This document shows positions 55,301 through 64,000 of a stretch of DNA of 64,000 nucleotides, piece by piece. Made by a program: the position numbers and the translations under genes. The notes under the pieces were generated by a model. That model did not search any database, had not been told where the DNA came from, and saw only the letters and a program-made list of their open reading frames with translations. The DNA comes from Octopus vulgaris (lineage: Eukaryota), in contig OX597842.1 of assembly GCA_951406725.2 (NCBI GenBank), positions 7,564,001 through 7,628,000 on the forward strand, given 5' to 3'. Positions within the stretch are counted from its first letter, which is position 1. Each line of letters begins with the position of its first letter.

Positions 55301-55790
55301 ACATGGGCTTTCCCCACTGTCGCCACCCCCACAATATCACACCACACTACACTACATCACACCACACTACACTACACTATACGACACTACACTACACCAT
55401 ACGACATTACGCATCACATCATACATACATACACACGTCCAGACCACCAGCCCTCTTTCATATGCACATACATACTCTCTTATACACACACGCACCCTTA
55501 TGTTGGGGCGAGGTCACTTGACCCTGTTATGTCCCCTACTATCCCTGTAGTGTCTTACGTCTGATCTCTGACTTCTGGCTGAAATCAGAACGCCATGTTG
55601 AATCGTTAGCTCCTGCACGCATTTTTTTCTCTCCTTGTTTCTTTTCTGTGTATCTTTCTGTCGAAGAGCGTAGGCTCGAAACGTAAATGACTTGTTTTAT
55701 TTCTATTCCTGAGCGCCATACTAATACAATTGTTTGTTTGTACTCCACCTGCCTTCGTCTTTTGTTTATTTTCGTAAACCTTCCCGTTAT
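52338..55790 (+). mobile_element. Near full-length degraded Penelope-like retroelement (RT + GIY-YIG endonuclease)
   Basis: IIIKPADKGGAVVV; LPKIHKP..GRLIIS; FTMDIQSLYT; GVAMGTRMGPNYANLF; YGRYID; NIICCISCSLCHSLYIGQTGRRLADRFAGH; frameshifts and stops; ends in a TA array. Confidence 0.92.
55653..55690 (+). ncRNA. Minimal hammerhead motif in the Penelope 3' pLTR (A6U variant)
   Basis: tcttt-CTGTCGA-a-gagc-gtag-gctc-GAAA-cg-TA-aatga. Confidence 0.6.
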
Positions 55791-56057
55791 ATATATATAT
55801 ATTGTATTTCAGGATGGTTATTTAAATTTTTTTTGCCAAATAAACACATGCACTATATATTTTCTTCACTTGTTTACATGGTACGAGCAGCAGGTTTCAT
55901 CAGCCTTTGATGAGATCCTTGATCTGACCATAAAATACAAATACAATCTATTTTAATACTATTAAAACCAAGCAAGTTTGCTTCCCAACCACATGATTCC
56001 AGGTTCAGTCCCACTGTGTAACACTTTTAGGCATCATGGATAGTCGATGGGTAGGAT

Positions 56058-56103
56058 GTGGTGCTGATGAAAGGACAACAACTCTCGAAATATGTACATA
56101 CAC
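56058..56103 (+). ncRNA. Minimal hammerhead motif with canonical core and eroded helices
   Basis: gtggtg-CTGATGA-a-agga-caacaac-tctc-GAAA-tatg-TA-catacac. Confidence 0.5.
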
Positions 56104-56236
56104 CTATTACCTATCTTTTCTGTCTCTAATAACATCATTTACATAAACATATTTGTATATGAAACATCATAAGATTCACTGTTTACCTGAAATTCTATAG
56201 AAAATCAGTAGAGATATACTTAGAAATATACGTATT

Positions 56237-56935
56237 CTAGCAGTATAGCCTGGCTTTGCTCGGGATTAAGTTAGGATTATTAAGCTAATCAAGCTCTTTA
56301 TTTCAAAGCAAACTAAGTAACATCGACGTCAAATTTGAGTGAAATCCATTGAAATTGGTAAACTTTTGGCTGAAATTTTGCAGACAATTTGATTGGGAAA
56401 TCCCATTAGGAATTGCTTTCTTGATTTTTTCCGCTCATCGATTGTTTTTTTTTTTTTCGTTTTTGGAGAACTTAAAGCATTCAAAGATCCCATGAGTCCT
56501 AAGTAATCCTGGCATCAAGTTTGAACAAAATACATCAAAATTGGTAGACGTTATGGTTGAAAAGAGTCAGATCTCTCCTTTCGAAAACATGGACAGTTTT
56601 GAAACATTGTTTACAAAATATTAGCCGATCGTTTGCGAAGGAGCATGTCTACAGTCAACATGTGGGTCTTTTGCTCTGGTAACCCCTGCTCTTTCCCATG
56701 TTCATGCACGAACAGCTATATATTGCTATGAGTAGAGCAACGGATTCAGCAAATTAGGAAATTAGTTGTGGAGAAACGGAGAATATCGTTTATATGTGTT
56801 TTGTGTTTTGTATGCATACATGTTCGTGTGTATGTGTGTGACTGAAGTCATTCACACATACATACATAACAACACCTTTCTGTCTGTTTTTGCCTGTCAA
56901 TCACTCAGTAAAAAGACGAAATTTTAAAAATCAGT

Positions 56936-57018
<83 letters not shown>

Positions 57019-57273
57019 ACCGTTGCTAGAAGGGGATTTGACTCGTGTTTGTATAAACAATGGTGGATTTCTCTGCTGTGAAAATTGTTAAGTTAAGGTC
57101 GAAAATTTATTTTAGCGCTATTTGCTGGTGCCTCAGGGGAAAATAATTTGACGAAAATATAGCTAGGATCATGACGAATGTCCTCCTAAAATTGGAGCAA
57201 CATGCTTGCTAATTTGTGGATGTGCATAAATTACATTCACGTACACACACACACGATGCCTTTTATATATATA
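56237..57273 (-). mobile_element. Helitron-like element containing a (CT)n array
   Basis: CTAGCAGTATAGCCTGGCTTTGCTCGGG (3' hairpin/CTAG end) and GCCTTTTATATATAT (5'-type end). Confidence 0.55.
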
Positions 57274-57525
57274 CGTTTATATAACCTAATGTTAAATACC
57301 ACAGCAATGTCATCATGATTGTTAAGTAGACATCTGACATGAATAGCTTCTTGTTATTTTGTGTTTTGGGAAATGGAGGAGAGAGTAAGTGACATCAGAA
57401 GACATAGGGACTGAAATTCTGAAAATAAAAGGAGTTAAAATAAGACCTAAAATATTATCAGTTCCTCCCATTGATGGGACTGAGACAACAAGTTTTCACT
57501 CTTTTTAAAAATTATTTTTCAGATT

Positions 57526-57580
57526 ATGGACAGTCAGCTATTCATCTTCTTCTTCTTTGCCTTGTTTACAATTTTTTATG
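57526..57580 (+). CDS. Signal-peptide (leader) exon of an Ig-like secreted/surface protein
   Basis: TTTTTCAG acceptor, then MDSQLFIFFFFALFTIFY+G and |GTAAGT, phase 1. Confidence 0.75.
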
Positions 57581-58092
57581 GTAAGTTTTCATTTGTTTTT
57601 GCTCTATTTTTTAGTGGGTAATCCTTCAGTATTGGCTGACCAGCTAGAACCTTAGTCAGAAGGAGAAATGAAGTTTACTGTCAGCAACTGTGAGACAACA
57701 TCCCACACCCTACAACTCCCACTTGCCTTTCAGACAAGATGACAAACAAGCAAAATGCTTGGGGCCTTGCTGTACTCAAGAGAGCTGTACTCCACAGCAG
57801 ATATGTTAAGGTCACTCCCCCGCTGAAGAAGATTGGCCTGCAAGATTTCTGTGCCATTGCCACATAAAAAGCACATGGCAGTGCCATGAACAGGCTCTCA
57901 TGTGGTGCCAAATAAAAGCACCCAGCATGCTAAATCCCACTGGAGCCTTGTGCAGCTCTCCATCTTGTCAACTCTGGTTAAACAGTCCAACTCATGTCTG
58001 CATGGAAAACGGATATTAAATGCGCCGATGACGACGACAATAATACTCAAAAATGTAAAATTTGAAAATATGTTTGTCTTCATCTCTTTTAG

Positions 58093-58131
58093 GCTCGCAA
58101 TGTGAAAGAGTCTACAAAATCATTCAAAAAG
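58093..58131 (+). CDS. 39 nt micro-exon, cassette 1
   Basis: TTTTAG|...|GTAAG; (G)SQCERVYKIIQK, phase 1-1. Confidence 0.75.
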
Positions 58132-58299
58132 GTAAGAAACCTGTTTCTCATTTTAAACTGGACACTATCTTCTCAGTTCTCTCTTTTATTTCTTTCTCTT
58201 CCCTCAGTTTATAGTCATGTTTTTGTTTTTAAATTTAATCCTGAAATCTTTCATATGGGAAACTAGTCTGTAATATTGATATATATATATATATTTCAG

Positions 58300-58551
58300 G
58301 AAGTTTTGTACTTGGAGGAACCATGACTCTTCAAACTGAAGAAATACCCAGCATGGAGCGACCTGTTACCTGGAAAAATGAGAATAAAAGCTTTGAATGT
58401 GATAGAACATGTTATAAATCTGGCAGAGTAGAAGTTCAGCAGAGTGGTAATATATCCACTATTTTGATAAAATATATATCACAGGCAGATGTGGACTGGA
58501 TTTTCCGCGACAAGAAATATCGCTATGCAACGATTTCTTTGAAGGAAGAAG
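58300..58551 (+). CDS. Atypical Ig-like domain exon, cassette 1
   Basis: 252 nt, phase 1-1; (G)SFVLGGTMTLQT...PVTW...STILIKYISQADVDWIF...ATISLKEE follows the Ig strand pattern without the B/F cysteines. Confidence 0.7.
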
Positions 58552-58582
58552 GTAAGGAAATGACTTCTGCTAATAATAACAA

Positions 58583-58971
58583 CTAGCAGTATCGCCCGGC
58601 GTTGCTCGGGTTTGTAAGGGAAATAATTATATAAGCATTTTTAGAGATGTAAAGTATAATAGCCATCTCAATATGGCTAACCACAAAGGGGGGTGTTACT
58701 GTAGCTTTTTACGTTCTGAGATTTAATAATAAATTTTAGAGAGTTACTTCCCTTATATATGTCAAAAATGGATTAAAAATGGGAAAAATTGATGGTAAAT
58801 TTTTTTAAATCGTAGACTCATCGTAGACGCGCGCTAATACCCAGACGGTCTCGATATGAATCACGACTATAAGATACCCGGTTTTGGTTAAACTGCACCG
58901 CAAAATGTGGGAGTAGTTAGGAATCTAAATCGTAGGAGACAGACACACAACCTCACTTTTATATATAAAGA
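58583..58971 (-). mobile_element. Non-autonomous Helitron
   Basis: Same ends as 41019-41512; inserted between A and T. Confidence 0.8.
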
Positions 58972-59069
58972 TTTCCTCTATTTACATAATATTGAGGTCT
59001 CTTTCTTTCTTTTGTTATCTTACTGTTTTTACCAATATACATATATATATATATATAAATATATATATA

Positions 59070-59305
59070 GTTACAGAGATGTACTTGCATAGCAAGTGAC
59101 TTGATCTGAGATCGTGTGCTGGAACGAAAACAGTTGCAGCGTTGAAGGTGTTTATAAGCCATTTAAGAAACACACAAAAACCGTTAGATTCACTTCAACA
59201 TTTAAATTTAATTTGTCAAAATATTTTCATCGCTTTGAGACCGCGACCTGTTAGCACGATATTTTTGTCAGTGAACAGGTCGCGGTCTCAAAGCGACGAA
59301 AATAT
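59070..59305. mobile_element. (TA)n-flanked element with an inverted duplication of a G3-C8 hammerhead motif
   Basis: Plus strand 59265-59305: ttgtca-GTGAACA-g-gtcgc-ggtctcaaa-gcgac-GAAA-atat; the minus copy at 59252-59213 supplies GAAA-atat-TT-tgacaa. Confidence 0.65.
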
Positions 59306-59650
59306 ATATATACACACATATATATATATGTATGTATGTATGTATGTGTGTATATGTGTATGCATGTATGTGTGTGTGTGTGCGTGTCTGTGCTTGTGAT
59401 TGTCCTCCACCACTGCTTGACAACGAATGTTGGTTTGTTTACATCCCTGTCACCTAGTGGTTTGACAAAGGAAACAGATAGAATAAGTACAATGCTTACA
59501 AAAATAAAACGAGTTGATTCATTAAACTACAATTCTTCAAAGCATTGCCCCAGCATGGCCACAGACCAATGGCTGGAAAAAGCAGAAGAATAAATGAATA
59601 CATTCTCTGCTTTGGTCTTATGTTCAAGGCATGAGAAAGCTTGAGTTTAC

Positions 59651-60148
59651 ATGAGAAGGCCTAACAGACCTGGTAGAAACAGCAGCCAAATCTCCCTCAA
59701 ATCACACCTTACTGTCTTATCTATGTATATATGTATGTATGAGCCAATGAGGGGGACCTCTACATGGTAGCTAGACCTGGTAGAAATAGCAGCCAAATTT
59801 CCCCCAAATCACACCTTACTGTCTTATCTATGTATATATGTATGTATGAGCCTATGAGGGAGACCCCTACATGGCAGGTAGACCTGGTAGAAATAGCAGC
59901 CAAATTTCCCCCAAATCACACCTTACTGTCTTATCTATGTATATATGTATGTATGAGCCTATGAGGGAGACCCCTACATGGCAGCTAGACCTGGTAGAAA
60001 TAGCAGCCAAATCTCCCCCAAATCACACCTTACTGTCTTATCTATGTATATATGTATGTATGAGCCTATGAGGGAGACCCCTACATGGCAGCTAGACATG
60101 GTAGAAATAGCAGCCAAATCTCCCTCAAATCACACCTTACTGTCTTAT
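59651..60148. repeat. 107 bp tandem repeat, about 4.7 copies
   Basis: TGAGGGAGACCCCTACATGGCAGCTAGACCTGGTAGAAATAGCAGCCAAATCTCCCCCAAATCACACC...; period 107, also visible in ORF starts 59764/59871/59978/60085. Confidence 0.92.
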
Positions 60149-61146
60149 CTTTCTGCTACTTGGATATAGGTGTTATATTCGTCGTAAAAAACTTTCCTGT
60201 CACACACTCACGCACACGCACACACACACACACACACACACGCACCCTCACACACACACACACACACGCGCACACCCACACACCCACTCACACACACGCA
60301 CGTTAGCTTACAATTTTATTTATATATTTGCGTGTCTATGTGTTGAAAGAGGAAGTGGGAGGCAGAGTGAAAGAATCACTCACTACAGTAAGTCAATTAC
60401 TTTCATTTTATTCGTTGCCCACTGTGTGTGTGCGTTTGCGTGTGCTGTAAACCAGACTAAGAAAAGCATTTGACACACACACCAGAATGTGAGTTTTCTG
60501 TAAATTTTGCTTAATTGGAGTTTAAATTTTAAAAACTGGACCTGGCATGACGCGATGCATTGTACTCTTAAAAATGCAAGGTAAATTGTAATTGAAGAAA
60601 TCCTATATTGTAGATTTGTATAACTCCCAAAGGGAGGCAGATAAAATCTGCCTTTTATAATAAGAGATAATAATTCTTTCTAATTCATGCACAAAGTCAT
60701 GCACAAACCACATGGTTCCAGGTTCAGTCCCACTGCATGGCACCTTGGGCAAGTGTCTTCTACTATAGCTTTGGGCTGACCACAGTCTTGTGAATGGATT
60801 TGGTGGATGGAAACTGAAAGAATCCCATCGTATATATGTATGTGTGTGTTTGTGTGTCTGTGTTTGTCCCCACAACATCGCTTGGCAACCGATGCTGGCG
60901 TGTTTATGTCCTCGTAACTTAGCGGTTCGGCAAAAGAGACTGATAGAATAAGTACTAGGCTTACAAAGAATAAGTCCTGGGGTCGATTTGTTCGACTAAA
61001 GGTGGTGCTCCAGCATGGCTGCAGTCAAATGACTGAAACAAGTAAAAGAATAGTGTTTAAACATAGAGCCTCAATGCCTTATGTCACTGTATTTAATGTA
61101 TATCTCTGTCTGCATGAGTTACCCACAGGTATAACTAAGAATCTGG

Positions 61147-61205
61147 TGTACAGGTAAGTGCTCAACAAGGCTCAGTCCTCAGCCCACTCCTTTTCGTTAT
61201 TGTCC
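61147..61205 (+). mobile_element. Tiny non-LTR RT fragment
   Basis: VQVSAQQGSVLSPLLFVIV. Confidence 0.55.
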
Positions 61206-62313
61206 ACCTAAACATATTCTATATGACCCATTTAAATGGATATTAGAATGATGATGATGATGAAAATAGCAGATGTCTTAGTGTTCAAACATATAATCAC
61301 ATTTTCAATACCTTCTGTCACTATATAATGTACAAGAAAAACGCCCCCACACCGTCCAATGGATGGTGCTGAGTTGTCAAACATTTAAACCAAATTTTCT
61401 CAAGCCAACTTGTCCGACCGTCCCATAGGCCTTCCCTTTGAGAAACACTGATTTAACCTAAATTTGAGACACCAGCAAAAGAAGAAATAAAGATAGACTT
61501 TTTTTTCCTATTCCAAAGAAAAACGATTTTATTCACACAAATATGCAACCGAAGAGTTTAAAGTACCAGTAATGATAAGGCTGTTGACTGGGAGAACACA
61601 AACATGTGTGTAGATTTGTATGTACGTAAGCATGTGTGTGTGTGTGAGCTGGTATCTCTTGAGTTGTGATTTGTCTGTGTATGTGCGTTTAGGCGTACGT
61701 TTGCAAATGTGCGTGTGTGGATGTTTCTTAACAAACCAACCGTAAAGAAAGACAATTGTTATTTAAATTTAAATGTACAAGCCAATCATATTTTAGCGTT
61801 CGATTCTTAACTATTTCTGAACGTAATACTGTTTTTGTGTAACAGTTGAAATTATAAATTGCAGTCGTATGTACATTTGTACACCTGTGGAACTTAATAT
61901 CATGTAAACCATATGCTTTTATTTCTTATTTTGTATGTATATGCAGATATTTAATGCTTTGCATGGTACTGTAATACTATTGTTGTCCTTGGTTTTGCTA
62001 TTATATTGCTAATAATGTGATCTATATGTTGTTTTGCTAGTATTAGTGTTATTAATAATAAGAATAATGATATTGGTAGCATTAGTGGTAATGATAATGG
62101 TAATGATGTTAATATTGTTAACGTTAATGACATTTTGGAAATAAATATAAATTAATATAACGTACTCTTGTCTCTGTATATCTGCATTTGGGTATTAATA
62201 TGTGTATGTTTTCTACATTGTAATATCATAATATTAAGTTGAAAAACTGTAACATTGAATATGGAACATATGTATGTTTATTGATTTATATTATTTATAT
62301 TATTATGTATATC

Positions 62314-62371
<58 letters not shown>

Positions 62372-62470
62372 AGTATGAGTATATGCACTCATATGTATGT
62401 GTACATGATATATTATGGGTATGTACCCACACTAATATGGGTGTATATTTAATTTGGTTTGTATTTCATA

Positions 62471-62597
62471 ATCTCCGAAGAGGCCTTGGGATATTTTTGT
62501 AAATGTCTCATTTATAACTACATATTGGCCTATCACACATGGATAATATAAGTAAAATGAGACACCATTATCTGCATGGCCGAAACAGCTGTAAGAT
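62471..62597 (+). ncRNA. Hammerhead motif with a long helix II insertion (U4C variant)
   Basis: atct-CCGAAGA-ggcc...(tgtctcattt/aaatgagaca)...ggcc-GAAA-cagctg-TA-agat; palindromic ACAGCTGT helix III. Confidence 0.55.
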
Positions 62598-62974
62598 GCA
62601 GTGTATATTTATATTTATTTATATCCTCTTATACATATTATACTTATTGTATCATATTACTCCTTTATGTACACTGTTTTGTTCTATATTATTATGTTTG
62701 ACCTTAATGTTCTTATGTAGTGGTTTAATAAAGTATGTGATTGGGTATTATCTGGTAGTTGATAATTGATTTAGATGTATTTCTCCATTTTCTTATTTTG
62801 TATTATTAATTTGTGGTAAAACATTTTACCTTTGCCCATATAATACAGTAAATGAATTAATTGCATCGCAATTTTTAACATTTATGTATTAACTTTGTTG
62901 GGTACTTCACTAGCAGTATATTGGATATATGTTATCACATGGAGGGTTTCATTTACAACCCCTATCTCAATTTG

Positions 62975-63011
<37 letters not shown>

Positions 63012-63276
63012 ATATGTTTGTGTGTCTGTGTTTGTCTCCTCCTAGCATTGCTTGACAACTGATGCTGGTGTGTTTACGTCCCCGTTAATTAGCGGTTTGG
63101 CAAAAGGGACCAATAGAATAAGTACTGGGCTTACAAAGAATAAGTCCCGGGGGTGATTTGCTCGACTAAATGCGGTGCTCCAGCATGGCCGCAGTCAAAT
63201 GACTGAAACAAGTAAAAGAGTAAAGAGTAATCAAAAATTTAAAATCTGAAAATATTTTTGTTTTCTATTTGAATAG

Positions 63277-63318
63277 GTTGGCAATGTAAAAAAGAGTACA
63301 AAATAGGTATTTTGAAAG
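63277..63318 (+). CDS. 42 nt micro-exon, cassette 2
   Basis: AG|...|GTAAGT; (G)WQCKKEYKIGILK, paralogous to 58093-58131. Confidence 0.7.
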
Positions 63319-63633
63319 GTAAGTGGAGTACCTTTTTCTCATCTTAAACTAGACACTATCTTTTCAGTTCTGTTTTTTTATTTTTTTCTCTTAACTCATA
63401 CAATTTTACTTGAAGTTCACCTACCATGACCGTCATTATTTAATGTCCTGGCTCTTTGTTATACAATCACCTGTGATATCACGAGAGGAAGTGTCTCAAA
63501 TCTTTATATAAAGAAAACTCTGATTCCAGATATGTAAAAGTAGGTGTTGAAACAATGATGATGATAAAAATGAATCCTGAAATCTTTCATATGGGAAACT
63601 AGTCAATAATAATGATTCATATATTTATTGCAG

Positions 63634-63885
63634 GAAACCCTGTGCTCGGACAAAGTATCTTTCTTGAGGTTAAAGATATGCCCTATATGGAAAGGCCTGT
63701 GGTCTGGAGAAATAGGGTCCGTAGTATCGAGTGCAATAAGGAATATTGCGATCGTGGCAAATATGCAGTTAGGCAGATTCATAGAACTTCTACTCTCTAC
63801 ATCGAGAATATAACGAGAGAGGATTTGTTTTGGAGATTCTATGACAAGAACTCCTGTAATGCAACGATTACTCTTGGGAAAGAAG
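63634..63885 (+). CDS. Atypical Ig-like domain exon, cassette 2
   Basis: 252 nt, phase 1-1; (G)NPVLGQSIFLEV...PVVW...STLYIENITREDLFWRF...ATITLGKE; ungapped paralog of cassette 1. Confidence 0.7.
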
Positions 63886-64000
63886 GTAAGGAAATGGCTT
63901 CTGCTAATAATAACAATAATAATTCTTTCTGATTCATGCACAAGGTCATCAGTTTCTGGTTCCCTGATTACATCAATTTGAGTCTATTTGGCTGGTACTA

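Overview
Eukaryotic, AT-rich, repeat-saturated DNA; the SINE families and microsatellite load point to a cephalopod, probably Octopus (inference). One complete conserved gene is recoverable: minus-strand POLR3H/RPC8 (7 coding exons, 40426 to 21464, 203 aa), whose intron 4 has U12-type (minor spliceosome) signals. At the right end a plus-strand secreted/surface gene begins (57526 onward): a leader exon followed by two tandem [micro-exon + 252-nt atypical Ig-like exon] cassettes whose intron flanks are much better conserved than their coding sequence. The rest is transposon-derived: a degraded near-full Penelope-like element (RT + GIY-YIG), a Tx1-type LINE inside an (ATCT)n array, CR1 and RTE fragments, hAT and mariner relics, Helitrons, piggyBac-like and Tc1/pogo-like MITEs, three GG...CC foldback elements with 8-9 bp TSDs (one a 3.3 kb nested palindrome, two carrying TTAGGG repeats), SINEs and satellites. 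The most notable non-coding signal is a set of about seven minimal hammerhead-ribozyme motifs in distinct Penelope-type or (TA)n-embedded elements, including U3-A8 and G3-C8 compensatory core variants. Most ORFs in the supplied track are microsatellite or SINE artefacts. All alignments were made by eye; repeat boundaries are approximate unless a TSD is quoted.
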